A stretch of 63,768 nt of DNA, the filler included, from Octopus bimaculoides (taxonomy: Eukaryota), in NCBI RefSeq assembly GCF_001194135.2. It is 4 parts of 4 records of this genome, joined end to end, with 100 filler letters (N's around TTAATTAATTAA, not from the genome) between each part and the next. Parts side by side here need not be neighbours in the genome. Positions count along the whole stretch, not along the records: positions 1 to 28,938 come from NC_068981.1; 3 more parts are not named here. The stretch is one strand, 5' to 3'. How positions within the stretch are numbered: position 1 is the stretch's first letter; each line of letters begins with the position of its first letter. A program made the translations under genes and the position numbers. Shown here piece after piece: positions 12,424-24,984 of the stretch. Below the pieces are notes generated by a model. That model saw nothing but the letters and a program-made list of their open reading frames with translations. It was not told the DNA's origin and made no database searches.

Positions 12424-12624
12424 CATATTCTTTTGTCATAAACACAGCACCCAACTGAGATAACCTTTTAATAGCAGCTTTTTATTTGAAGGTAAAGGGT
12501 ACGAAATATCTTCAAATTTAGAACCATTTTAATATTTTCATTTTCGTTATCAAACTGATAAAATCTTTCGGGTCCTAAGAGTCCCTCAGGAGCGCTGATC
12601 ATTGTCCACTTAGACTAAATTTGT

Positions 12625-12782
12625 CATTATTTACATTATTTACATTATTTACATTTGACGGATATTTGTCCTCATCTTGTTTGTTGTTAGCACAACGTTT
12701 CGGCTGATATACCTTCCAGCCTTCATCAGGTGTCTTGGGGAAAATTTCGAACCTGGGTTCTCATTCCTAAGGTATTTTTCGA

Positions 12783-12838
<56 letters not shown>

Positions 12839-12888
12839 TAACTGCTTGGAATCGAACTCGGAATCGTGGGGTTAGTAGCCCGTGCTCT
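12625..12888 (-). mobile_element. Stand-alone tRNA-like + (AAT)n + hammerhead module, equal to the 3' UTR of the PLE at 55765-56585
   Basis: Minus: aagagcacgggctactaaccccacgattccgaGTTCGATTCCaagcagttacctga(aat)n aacatcgaaaaataccttaggaatgagaacccaggttcgaaa...; 9-bp repeated tail aataatgta; A box lost by 5' truncation. Confidence 0.85.
12688..12736 (-). ncRNA. Minimal type I hammerhead ribozyme (PLE type)
   Basis: gacac CTGATGA A GGCTG gaaggtatat CAGCC GAAAC GTT gtg: intact core, 5-bp stem II, palindromic AACGTT stem III, GUU site, short CAC/GTG stem I. Confidence 0.8.
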
Positions 12889-13091
12889 TGATTTTGGTGT
12901 TTAACTTGGTATGAAATATTTAAGCAGTTCCCATCAAACCTTACAGAGCCTTCAAACAAGTCATTAATCAGTACATGACATTTTGGTTCGGCGCTTTCCT
13001 TATTAATAAACGGTTACTATGACAACTAGAAAATTCTAGTTAGGAAGTTTTTTTCGCTGGTAGGTTCGGCCTAGCAATTCTTGATAGACCA

Positions 13092-13154
13092 AGACAATAA
13101 CAACAACATTAATGACAACGATAGTTGTAACGACAACACCAGCAGCAGCAACAA

Positions 13155-13199
<45 letters not shown>

Positions 13200-13202
13200 C
13201 TG

Positions 13203-13241
<39 letters not shown>
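13092..13241. repeat. (AAC)n/(TAC)n low-complexity run
   Basis: Directly visible. Confidence 0.9.
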
Positions 13242-13242
<1 letters not shown>

Positions 13243-13384
13243 ATTGAAAGCGATTGTACTTCGAGTATGAAGTAGTTAAAGTGATTTAAGTAGAACTGTT
13301 CGATCGAAATGGAATAAAAAAAAAACGGAACACTCCTCCTTCGAACCAAACATTTGTTTTAATCCTTTTATACACACAGACTTA

Positions 13385-13399
13385 AACACACGCGCGCAC

Positions 13400-13471
<72 letters not shown>

Positions 13472-13696
13472 NNNNNNNNNNNNNNNNNNNNNNNNNNNNN
13501 NNNNNNNNNNNNNNNNNNNNNNNNNNNNNNNNNNNNNNNNNNNNNNNNNNNNNNNNNNNNNNNNNNNNNNNNNNNNNNNNNNNNNNNNNNNNNNNNNNNN
13601 NNNNNNNNNNNNNNNNNNNNNNNNNNNNNNNNNNNNNNNNNNNNNNNNNNNNNNNNNNNNNNNNNNNNNNNNNNNNNNNNNNNNNNNNNNNNNNNN

Positions 13697-13762
<66 letters not shown>
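13385..13762. repeat. (CA)n and (TG)n microsatellites flanking an assembly gap
   Basis: Directly visible. Confidence 0.9.
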
Positions 13763-13763
<1 letters not shown>

Positions 13764-14739
13764 ATCTGTGTCTATTAGTGTAAGTGTAATAAACTGTTTT
13801 CAACAGCAGAACTCAAGTTTTAAGTACCGGGTTACAAAAAAAAAAAAAGAAAAATCTTGGATGGTAAAAGTCGAAGGCTGCTTCACAGTTTTTTTTTCTT
13901 TTTAGCCTAATATTTGCACATTATTATTATTGCACACTAGCTTTATCTTCTTCGAGTTTTACTATTAAAAACGATTTATTTCAAGTCTCTCGAAGCTTCT
14001 AAATTCTTGTAGTGTAACCGTATACTTCATCATAAACTGGAAAACTACAAAGCGTTATTACAACAGCTGCTTAAAAATATGTGAATGAAGTGCAGAAAAT
14101 CCAAGATACAATACGTTTGCTGTTATATTCTTAAACACAATGTAGCTCTATCCCAATCGTGAAAATATTTTCCAATTATAATTTTTCATCCTCTGCGAAA
14201 TTTGATATCTAATTAATTTTCATGCTATTCATTATACTAATTTCTAACATCGGTACAAGGTCACACAGTGTTTTTGGTGCTGGCTAACTGGCTGGCTGGC
14301 TGGCTGGTGGTGGTGGTGGTGGTGGTGGGGGGTATTGTTGATTAAGTCGACCACTGGCACTTAATTTTTATCTGCTCCGAAAGGCAAAGCTGATCACGAC
14401 GGAATTAGAACTCAGAATATAAAAGGCCATGATTAAATACTGCAAGATATAGAGTAGTGTAACTTGTGCATGCAGTCCAGGGCAACCCATGAGTTGGCAG
14501 ACCGCTGAGCCCCGGCCACCTATACAGGCTTATACAGCAAGCCAAAAAGTACCATCCCCATAAAACCGTCGGCCATAGCAGATCTTCCCTCGCTCCCAAT
14601 CATCAGCTATGATACTAAAGACATAATCTCATCACATTTCTCTCTTTGACGATTCCACAAATTACGAATCCACCATGCTTTACTTAATATTCATTTCAGC
14701 ATAAGGGCGGCGAACCGGCAGAATCTTGCTTCTCTCACA

Positions 14740-16150
14740 CGGACATCTGTATGAATTGATCTGTACTTTATTCTTTCCTTCTTTGGTAGTTTTGAAAGGG
14801 CAATTTCTTCTGTGGCTGTTACGAGTTCATTATATCATGTTTCAATGTGGTCAGTGTGCTCTGAGAGCATTTCAAAACGGTTTTTAACATCTACTGCAAA
14901 TGAGTGCTCTACGTTTTTATCTGATGATACCTTGGACCGGTCCACCTGTTTCATGGCGTTCGGGACTGGTGGTTTTGATGATCTAAGGCTGAGAACAGTG
15001 CATATGGAAATAACTCTATGATCTGAGCCAATAGATGCGAAGGAGGAGTATGCCTGTGCATTTCGGACACTGTTCTTCCACTTGATTCTCACAGTATGTA
15101 GTCAATTTGTGAATAAGATCCAGATGGGTGCTGGAATGTCCACAAACGCTTTGGGTGTTTCATGAACCGTGTTTGCAATCTGAAGTTGGAACTCGTGAGC
15201 AAAATCAGTCAGTTTTATCTCGTTCCGGTCAGTCTCCTTGTTATAGGTGAGCAGAGCATCATCCCTCCCTATTTGACCATTAAAATCACCTGCTATAACA
15301 AGGAAGTCGTGGGAAGGGACACTTTCCGTTACTCCCTTCAGATTGGAGTAGAACCGACTGCAAGTTTCTCATCACTTGTGTTAGCTTGGCAGTAACACGA
15401 AATGAATATGGTCTGAGGGTTACTACTCAGCTCAGCAACAATTATGCGATCAGGTATTTTCTCAACAGAGAGCAAGTTCCTTGAGGCCCTTGGAGACAGG
15501 AGAATACCAACACCGCTTATAGTAGAGCCCTGGGAATTTTTAATAGTAGAAGTCGTAGTAAGTTAGTATCTATCAAGGTTAGTATGCTTCAAATCTGTGT
15601 CAGGGTGCTGATGCCTGAGTTCCTGAATGCTCAAGACATCAACTTTGTTCTTCTTTACACAATGCAGAAGTACTTGGTTTCTGCTTATTTTTGACAAAAT
15701 TCGTGAGTTAAAAGTGCTGTAGACAACGTGTCTTTTGCACTTCATAAATTTGTTTGTTGTTCCTGCTTCCGCATCTACTTCTTCACAGCTACCTCGCTCT
15801 AAAGAGTTTAGAGGTAGCTGGTCATACGTTTCATGAGAAGCAAGGTGAGAATTTGGAACTGAACAAGCATGGGCTCGAACCCTGGCGCTGCAAGTGTACG
15901 TCATGGTAATTCTTTCGGTAGCTGATACAGTGGACCGCCAGTTCTACATCCGGGTATTTTTACATACGAGATACCACCTCAAGGGAGATTGCCGTCCAAA
16001 GCTTATGACTTCTCCCTAGCCATGAGGTAAATTTATCTCGCGCCAGACACCAACTTGGTATTTCAATTCCGTGGCTGGTTTTTCTTATAAGAGATTTCCT
16101 TCTCCTAGGCAGGTTGCGTTCATCTCGGCTCAAGGAGTACTATCTACCCC
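14740..16150 (-). mobile_element. RTE-clade LINE 5' portion: leader, apurinic endonuclease domain, start of linker
   Basis: ORF 15563-15904 ends STFNSRIL...DVLSIQELR; ORF 14835-15092 has KWKNSVRNAQAYSSFASIGSDHRV (SDH motif) and FAVDVKNRFE; RTE-type leader ...gcaacctgcctaggagaaggaaa at about 16090-16130. Confidence 0.85.
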
Positions 16151-16384
16151 ATTCAAGTTATGCAGGGCATGGACGTTACGCACATACCCCAGTCACAGAT
16201 AGAAAGATGAAGATAAAATAGAGATAAGAGAATAAAATAAATTCGGGGATATAGAAGTACATATAAAGTACATAAAAAAAAAATTATACAATATATAAAA
16301 TACAACACTCTCAAAAAACACACACAAAATACACACACACACACACACATTCACACAAACTTTCACACACGCGTCGCAATCAGA

Positions 16385-16590
16385 TATTGTTGAACTGGCT
16401 GTTGACTACACAGTAGTTCTCTCGCCCTTTGACGGGTCTTATTTTCCGTCCTGCAGGGTGTCCAACGTCACCCTCTTCACCAAGCAAGCTTGATGGGGTT
16501 GCCAGTTTAGTCGCCGACGACCCGACCATGTGACAGGTTGTACTGGATTACACGTTACCAGTAGCGCTAAAGAGCGACTTGGCCTTCTAA
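16385..16590 (-). mobile_element. Structured GC-richer segment resembling an RTE 5' leader
   Basis: Several hairpins (TACTGG/CCAGTA, CATCAAGC/GCTTGGTG, AGTCGC/GCGACT), directly upstream of the RTE on the same strand. The family assignment is from recollection. Confidence 0.45.
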
Positions 16591-17249
16591 ATAATGTTAT
16601 TACGCCCTTTTCTCCTGGAATTGTATTTCCTTCTGACCTTGTGCCCTCTCTTCGAAAAATTCCTGGGACCGCGCCTTGGACAGTTCCGAGGATCTTTTAA
16701 AAGGCCTCTACAAGGGAAGGAGGATCGTTTCCTCAAACTGGAAATCTGACCTCAATGCTTGCAACTGAGTGAGCTCCGTTAAGGGCAACTGATATGTCAA
16801 GTGGTGATGTTAAACCGGTTGACAGTTTAACACCATCACCTCCGCATGACGAGATTTGAACTCGGAACGCAGAGAGTAGGATGAGAAATATAGCCAGGTA
16901 TACTGCTCGCACGCATACACAAACACACGCAATTGCCCACAAACGCACACATTTACACACATACTCACTCACTCACTCACTCAGTTACACATGCACGCAC
17001 GCTTACTCACGCACGCTTACTCACGCACGCTTACTCACGCACACTCACACTCACACTCATATATGTATATATTTCAATAAATAATTGTGCAAACCTATTT
17101 GGTAAATTTTCATCCAAATCTATTATTCTCTTAAATCCTTGCGTGAATCGTTTTAGCGGCCTTAAGTTAATCTCTTGTAAAATTGTTTACCGTTTAAACA
17201 AGTCTCGATTGAGATTATGTCACATCGATGATGAGAAATGAAATTCTTT

Positions 17250-17415
17250 TATCAGTCATTTGACTGAGATTATGCTGATACATTAATCGAATGAATCGGC
17301 AAATTTCTTAAAGTCCGGTACTCATTCTGTTAGTGAATTTCACCGAACCGCTAAGTTACGGGGGCGTAAGCACACCAACACCGGTTGTCAAGCGGTGGAG
17401 GGATACACATACGTG

Positions 17416-17457
<42 letters not shown>

Positions 17458-17600
17458 CACATTAAGACGGGTTCTTTCAGTTTTTGTCTACCAAATCCAC
17501 TCACAAGGTTTTAGTCGGCCCGAAGTTATAGCAGAAGACACTTACCCAAGGTGCCGCACAGAGGGACTGGAGCCAGAACCATGTGGTTGGGATGCCTGCA
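17250..17600 (-). mobile_element. SINE family A
   Basis: Matches 9368-9782 (ccgctaagttacggggg...ccaaatccactcacaagg...cccaaggtgccgc). Confidence 0.88.
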
Positions 17601-17844
17601 CCTTAAACATCTATCGTCCACAATTCATACTTGTAATTAATTTCTACTTTCAAGGATTATAACTTGAGCTATTGCCGATTTAATATTTTTTCTCATTTCT
17701 TTTTGTTATCACTATTTTGTATTTCGGTTGAAGGATTTTAATAATTAATCAATTAATTTTAATTAAATGCCTACCTTTTGTTAGTTATTCTATTTCTAAT
17801 TTTGTAAATGTAATTTTAAAAAAAAAAGACAAGTTGTGTGCTTA

Positions 17845-18115
17845 GGTACAGGTATGGCTGTATGGTTAAGAAGCTCGGTTCGCAACATTGTTGTTTCGGG
17901 TTCAGTCCCACTGTACGGTACCTTGAGCAAGTGTCTTCTATTATAGCCCCGAGCCAACCATTGCCTTGTGAGTGGAATTTAGTAGACGGAAACTGTGGAA
18001 GCCCGTCGTGTGTGTGTGTAAATATATATGTGGGGGGAGGGCATTCGTGCGTGACCCACCTCATCGCTTGACAAACGGTCTTGGTTTATTTATGCCCCGT
18101 AACTTAAGGGACTGA
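17845..18115 (+). mobile_element. SINE family A, runs into a gap
   Basis: Head tggctgtatggttaagaagc...gggttcagtcccactg...ccttgagcaagtgtcttcta. Confidence 0.88.
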
Positions 18116-19349
18116 TNNNNNNNNNNNNNNNNNNNNNNNNNNNNNNNNNNNNNNNNNNNNNNNNNNNNNNNNNNNNNNNNNNNNNNNNNNNNNNNNNNNN
18201 NNNNNNNNNNNNNNNNNNNNNNNNNNNNNNNNNNNNNNNNNNNNNNNNNNNNNNNNNNNNNNNNNNNNNNNNNNNNNNNNNNNNNNNNNNNNNNNNNNNN
18301 NNNNNNNNNNNNNNNNNNNNNNNNNNNNNNNNNNNNNNNNNNNNNNNNNNNNNNNNNNNNNNNNNNNNNNNNNNNNNNNNNNNNNNNNNNNNNNNNNNNN
18401 NNNNNNNNNNNNNNNNNNNNNNNNNNNNNNNNNNNNNNNNNNNNNNNNNNNNNNNNNNNNNNNNNNNNNNNNNNNNNNNNNNNNNNNNNNNNNNNNNNNN
18501 NNNNNNNNNNNNNNNNNNNNNNNNNNNNNNNNNNNNNNNNNNNNNNNNNNNNNNNNNNNNNNNNNNNNNNNNNNNNNNNNNNNNNNNNNNNNNNNNNNNN
18601 NNNNNNNNNNNNNNNNNNNNNNNNNNNNNNNNNNNNNNNNNNNNNNNNNNNNNNNNNNNNNNNNNNNNNNNNNNNNNNNNNNNNNNNNNNNNNNNNNNNN
18701 NNNNNNNNNNNNNNNNNNNNNNNNNNNNNNNNNNNNNNNNNNNNNNNNNNNNNNNNNNNNNNNNNNNNNCACAGTATTTTCTTAACGAAACACTTTGAAA
18801 CTTGGAACACTGGTAAAATGTGTCATATAAAACATCTTTTTCTCTTAGTCTTCTTAAAAAAAAAAGAAATCCCTAAGTTATTCCATGTTAAAGTTGTCGT
18901 ATTTCTGTAATTTCAACCAATCACTGACGTCCATTCAGCCGATATACATTGTGCCGACTACATAAACAAACGATTCTGAAACAATTCTATCGGTGATAAA
19001 ATTATTATTTCCTTGTCAAAAAATGGCTGAAGCATATTGGCAGTAGCTAATAAACCTTTCTATTATAGGCTAACCCTAACCCTAACCGAAAATTGCTGGC
19101 TTTGAGCCAAAACTTAAAAGCAATATATTTTAGATTAACTGATAAACACATGTATCTTATAATTTTGGTACGTTGGTGTCTATTTTCTATATAATTAATC
19201 GTAGTTAGCACTATCTCTTCTCCTTGGCATAATATTAAACAAGGCGACATCTTGGTCGAGCCAAATGTAAAAGTTTATTTTTAATGTTCTGTTTATGGTT
19301 GAATTTGGTGAACTGTTTTATTTTTTCTTTCCAACTGTGAAATTTTATA

Positions 19350-19610
19350 GGCACAGGCAAGGCTGTGTGATTAGAAAGCTTACTTTGCAAACATATCGTT
19401 TCGAGTTCAGTTCCACTGCGCGGCACCTTTTGCAAGCGACTTCTACTTTAGCTCGTGGATAGAAACTATGGAAGCCTGTCGTATATATATATATATATAT
19501 ATATATAAAGATAAGTGCTAGGGTCAATTCGCTCGACTAAACCCTTCATGGTCGTGCCCCAACAAGGCCGCAGTCCAATGACTGAAACAAGTAAAATATA
19601 CTAAAGATAG
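19350..19610 (+). mobile_element. SINE family A, internally deleted
   Basis: Head aggcacaggcaaggctgtgtgattag...gagttcagttccactgcgcggcacc; tail gcagtccaatgactgaaacaagtaaaa. Confidence 0.8.
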
Positions 19611-19689
19611 AAATATCCGGAAAACAGAGATGTACTCGCTCTCGTATTTTACTCACCAGTAATTACTCGCTGTTAATGACATCAACGAA

Positions 19690-20430
19690 AGCAATGTTGT
19701 TTTGCTCCTGATATCAGCTTTGGACTGTGTATGGCATAAGAAATTCTTGGTTAACTTACTTGTCTATGATCGATAGCTGAGTGGTAATTTTTCGACACGT
19801 CACAAGATCTGTATACTCTGATGTATCCAAAGCCAGACTTATACCTAGTAGAGCCACTGGGTTAACAGGTTTGGTGGGGGGCAACGTCTTTGTTAATTCA
19901 AAACACTCTCAGATTACAAAGATGGCCCCATTAAATCTAGAGGCCCCAAACAGTTTGAAGAGGCCCCTAAACTTTAAAGTGCCTCAGTAGATTTAGAGGC
20001 TCAATAAATTAAAATAGGGCCCAATAAATAAAAAGGGGGTTCAATAATTTTTAAAGAACTCAATTAGATCAATAAAATATTAAACTAAAAAAATTTACAA
20101 ATTATTTGTTTGATTGTTACAAATATATTTTCAAATTCTTTAGGTTTCTATGAGTTAAAGGAGCCACCAAGCTTGAGGATCCTTGGACCATGGCCCACAT
20201 AGGCCCATACATGAATTCGGCCCTGGGTGTATCCCAAAATTCGACAACGTCTCTCACACTCTTTCTTCTGTACATGAGCGATCTATTTACTACCAACTTT
20301 AGCAACACACTCGCCTATGTAGATGATACAATCCGTCATTCTTCTTTAACTTTCTGCACACAGGATCCATCCTCATTCAGTCTGAATATCTCATGCTAGA
20401 CAAACACTACCGACATTAACAATGACCTTG
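19690..20430 (+). mobile_element. CR1/Jockey-type LINE RT remnant split by an insertion
   Basis: Left part reads like LDIS.AFD.VWH; right part GVSQNSTTSLTLFLLYMSDL...AYVDDT corresponds to GVPQGSxLSPxLF...YADD. Confidence 0.7.
19849..20225. mobile_element. Non-autonomous hAT-like insertion within the RT remnant
   Basis: Ends ...gaattcggccctg with repeated ggccc/ggcccc subterminal motifs and interrupts the RT frame just before GVSQ; no clear 8-bp TSD. Confidence 0.4.
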
Positions 20431-20719
20431 AGAACATACTTTAACAGTCACATAACAACCATTTCTTTTAAGTGCACAAAACCACAATCACTGTACATAT
20501 CATGGAAACATATTTCATATTTCTCACACTTTAATTATGAACAACATATCTTAAATAGAATTCAATTTATTGCCACGCTTCTATCATTTTACATATCGAC
20601 TAATTTAAACTAAAAGAAACAAAGCTAAAAGAAAAGAAAAGAAAAAAAGCATATTATTTTGATGCCTTTTGCCTCGAGAATCAACTGCATTTGTCATTAA
20701 CTTACTTTCATTCTTCAGA

Positions 20720-20936
20720 ACTCTTTTACTCGTTTCAGTGATTTGACTGCGGCCATGCTGGAGCACCGCCTTTAGTCGAGCAAATCGACCCCAGGACTTA
20801 TTCTTTGTAAGCCTAGTACTTATTCTATCGGTCTCTTTTTGCCGAACCGCTAAGTTACGGGGACGTAAACACACCAGCATCGGTTGTCAAGCGATGGTGG
20901 GGGGACAAACACAGACACACAAACATATACACACAC

Positions 20937-21022
<86 letters not shown>

Positions 21023-21201
21023 GTCTACCAAATCCACTTACAAGGCATTGGTCGGCCCGAGGCTATAGTAGCAGACACTTGCCCAAGGTTCCACGAGTGG
21101 GACTGAACCCGGAACCATGCGGTTGGTGAGCAAGCTACTTACCATACAGCCACTCCTGCGCCTATAGCCACTCCTGCGCCTATAAGCCACTCCTGCGCCT
21201 A
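20720..21201 (-). mobile_element. SINE family A with triplicated 5' terminus
   Basis: Near-consensus copy; agccactcctgcgcctat occurs three times at 21148-21201; internal (TA)n. Confidence 0.93.
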
Positions 21202-22100
21202 TTCAACTGCACATCAATAAAACATTTTAATGCACTATCAAAACGCCAGTTATTCCTGTATACGTCAGATCATACCCTCTTTGATGACCTTTCGTGACAA
21301 CCATACATTTATAATGTGACAGAGGCTTCACTATAAAACTATATTTCCTTCTCAGAGACAGAAAATATTTCAGACTGAGTATTTCCCTGCCATTCTGTTA
21401 GGCACAAATACACCCCGCTGATCATGCTTTCTAGGACAGTGCACTTGCTACATACACACAATCACGCGCGCACACACGCAAACACGCAAACTCGCACACG
21501 TGTCAATGGTTGCTAGAATAGCTCTAAACAAATATTGAAATTAAGTTGTAATCATCGATAGCTAACAACTAACTATTTGCCCAAAGCAAATTCTTCGTAT
21601 ACACGTGCGTTAACACAACGCGCGCGCAAGAACACATTCTAGTTCCTCAGCAGACGCACGCATACATGCGTGCACATGCAAACACATGTATATATGTAGA
21701 TCTATCTATCTGTCTATCTATCTATCTAAATCTATATCTATTTTGATCTGTGCATAGGTGTATGTGCGTGTGTGCGTGCGTGTATGTATGCATGCATGTA
21801 TGTATGTATGTATATATGTATGTATGTGTGTGTGTGTATGTGTGAGTGTGTGTGTGTGTGTACACTCACACACACACACACACATATAGTTGTCTAAAAA
21901 TGCGTAAGTCAGGGGAAACAGGTCCTGATGTATTGGTCAACAGAGTGGTTATATTTATTATTTATAAAATATAGTATTACATTCTCATATCAGCTACTTT
22001 ACCAGTCGGGTTCAAACTAGAAGTTGCTATGAAACCGATTGGTGAAGCAGCTGATATCAGAATATAATTTCATATGTTATTAATAGTGCATATGTGCGTG

Positions 22101-22136
<36 letters not shown>

Positions 22137-22649
22137 TGTGTGCATGCGCGTGTGTGTGCGTGTAAGGATTTATGAAACTGCCCCAGGGAAAGCAGTACAG
22201 TATCAGCAGTTCAACACTGTTGTTTAGTTTCACACACATATACGCGCGCGCGCGCANNNNNNNNNNNNNNNNNNNNNNNNNNNNNNNNNNNNNNNNNNNN
22301 NNNNNNNNNNNNNNNNNNNNNNNNNNNNNNNNNNNNNNNNNNNNNNNNNNNNNNNNNNNNNNNNNNNNNNNNNNNNNNNNNNNNNNNNNNNNNNNNNNNN
22401 NNNNNNNNNNNNNNNNNNNNNNNNNNNNNNNNNNNNNNNNNNNNNNNNNNNNNNNNNNNNNNNNNNNNNNNNNNNNNNNNNNNNNNNNNNNNNNNNNNNN
22501 NNNNNNNNNNNNNNNNNNNNNNNNNNNNNNNNNNNNNNNNNNNNNNNNNNNNNNNNNNNNNNNNNNNNNNNNNNNNNNNNNNNNNNNNNNNNNNNNNNNN
22601 NNNNNNNNNNNNNNNNNNNNNNNACAATATATTTATAGAAAAACAAAGA

Positions 22650-24975
22650 CGAAGACAGGTGTCAGAAGAATCAGCGAGTGTATTAGTTTGACGCTCGGAA
22701 AAAGTGGAAAAGTATTTTACGTTTCGAGCCTATGCTCTTCGACAGAAAGGAATAAGAGGAAACAAATAGAGAGAGAATGAAAAAAAAAAAAAAACGTGTT
22801 GAGTTCAGTGGCCCAACATGGTGAATGATTGGAAATAAAGAGGTTGAATGAAAGGGAGATAATAAAAGAAGAAGTTGAATGAATGAAGGGGAGATAATTC
22901 ATGGTGACCCCCCTCCCCAACAAGAGGGGTGCGCAAGCGTAGGTGTGTATGTGAGAATGGTGTGTGTGAGTGTGTATGTATGTGTGAATGGGAGCGAATG
23001 AGTTTGACGTGTGTCTGTGTGTGTGCGTGTGTAGCGTATGTGCGTAACGTGTGTGTATATTTGTGTGTTGTGTGTAGCAGTTGATGTGTGCTTTTTCACG
23101 TGGTGTGTGCACATGTGTATGTATGTGTGTGTGTCACTGACCAAATAGTGCGCATGTGTACAGTGTATTTATGTGAGCGAAAGTTATCTTTGTCTATGTG
23201 TGTTGAATGTGTTTATGCGTGTTGCATGTGTGTATATGTATGTACGTGTATATAATGTCTGTGTTCAGGTATTATGTGCTTGTGAGGGCGTGGGAGTATG
23301 CATGATGATGTATGGTGTGAGTAGTGAGTTAAACGGTGCGTGTGGCTGCTCATATAGTAGTATGTGTGGTGACGCTATTGTGTGTGTGTGTGGATGATGG
23401 TGTGTTGTGTGGGTGCTAAGAAGTGTGTGTTCAATGAGAAGGTATTGTGGGTGTGCGTGTATTGATGAGTTGAACAGTGTGTATGGGTGTGTGTATAGTG
23501 GTGCCTGTGGGTGAGGGTACTGAGGTGAGCGGTATGCAGGTGTGTAGGTGGAGGGTGTGGGAAGTGAGTGGGAATCCGTGTTGGATTGGTGTCAAACAAG
23601 GAGAGGAGGTGTGGTTGGAGTCAGATGAAGAGAGGAGGTGAGTTGAGCCCATGTGGAGCAAAGAAATGAAGAGAGAAGATTAATTCTTGTTCACGGCGAA
23701 GGCTGAGTTCGAGTGGCCCCTGTGAAGAGACAGTCCGAACACAGACAGATGTTGTGGTGAATGACCAGTAGAGTGGAAATAGCGCGAGAACGGGGTGTCA
23801 TTGCCGAGTCTGATATCCCGGAGGTGCTCCGCGAACCGGTCAGCCAGGCGGCGTCCCGTTTGACCAATGTATAGGGATGGACAGAAAAAGCAGATGTAGT
23901 AAATGACATTACTAAAAGTGCAGGTAAAGGAGTCGGTGACATGATAGGGACAGTGATGGGTGCCTGTGAGAATGGTGATTATGAGAGGTAGGGGCAGGCG
24001 CGACAGCGTGGACGGGAGCAGGGGAAAGAGCCAGACTGGGAGGCAGAGGTAGGGAAGAAACTGTGGACCAGGAGGTCACGCAGGTTATGGGCTTGTTTGA
24101 AGGAGGAAAGGATTAGGTTAAGGAAGATGCGCTAGGTGGAGGGGTCAGACTGGAGTCGCCGGAAGGTTCGGAAAATGATGCGTTGGAAACAGAAGACAGG
24201 TAAGGGTGGGGCGGGTACGAGGAGAAAGAGCAGAAGCAGGTCAACAGATCGTGCCTGGGCAAGGGCAGTGTGGATAATGGTGAGGGTATATTCACGTAGG
24301 ATGAAGTGGCGATCCATGAGTTGTACCTGAGCCTCAAAGTTATGGTCGTCACTGCAGAGACTGCGCAGACAGAGGAATTGGGAGTAGGGAACGGAGAGCT
24401 TGATGTGGTAGATTGGGAGAAGGAGGAGTTAATGTAGGAGTATAAGTCAGCGTGTTTGTGGTGGATGGAGGTAGTAAGAGCGGAGTGGTGGGTGCTGACA
24501 GAAATGTCGAGAAATTCGACGAAAGAGAGATAGTGCAGGAGAATTCGAGGGCAGGATGGAAGGATTGGATGAAGAAGAGGAAAGAGTTCAGTTGTTCACG
24601 GGAGAGTGAGGTCGCGCCGATATACTCATCGATATAGCGACCGTATAGCTCAGGAGTAAGACCAGTGAATTTTGAATATATTTGGGCCTCAACGTAGCCA
24701 ACGAACAGGTTCCCACAGCTGAAGCCCATTCTCGTTCCCATGGCCACTCCCGAGCCTGTTGGTAAAACTCCCTCGCAAATGAGAAGCAGTTGAGAGAGAG
24801 GGCAAGTTCGGCCAGACGAAGAAGTGTGTAGGTGTCAGGCTGGGGTCATGCCGAAGGTCTAGAAAATGTTTAAGTGCAAGAAGTCCTTCGTTGTGTGGGA
24901 CCACTGTATATAAACTTTTGATATCAATAGTGAACAGAAGTTGAAAGGTGCCAGAAGGGAATCCAAAGATAATAG
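22650..24975 (-). mobile_element. 5'-truncated Penelope-like element, Neptune-like: RT, Cys-rich linker, GIY-YIG, CA-rich 3' UTR
   Basis: Minus: LLFTIDIKSLYTVVPHNEGLLALKHFL, AMGTRMG, LYGRYID (RT); GSFPCSRPRCRAC (linker); NVIYYICFFCPSLYIGQTGRRLADRFAEHL (GIY-YIG). Frameshifted. Confidence 0.92.
22716..22750 (-). ncRNA. Hammerhead-like motif with non-canonical U6
   Basis: ccttt CTGTCGA A GAGC atag GCTC GAAAC GTA aaa: 4-bp stem II, GUA site, 3-bp stem I, at the PLE 3' end. Confidence 0.6.
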
Positions 24976-24984
24976 ATGAAGTTG

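Noticed and set aside
13385-13762. (CA)n facing (TG)n as a giant hairpin
   Set aside because: Separated by an unresolved gap; orientation may be a scaffolding artefact.
16803-16842. Small hairpin as a pre-miRNA
   Set aside because: About 13-bp bulged stem in 40 nt, too short for a Drosha substrate.
19068-19087. Telomeric (TAACCC)n
   Set aside because: Only two or three units inside an interspersed repeat; not an interstitial telomere.
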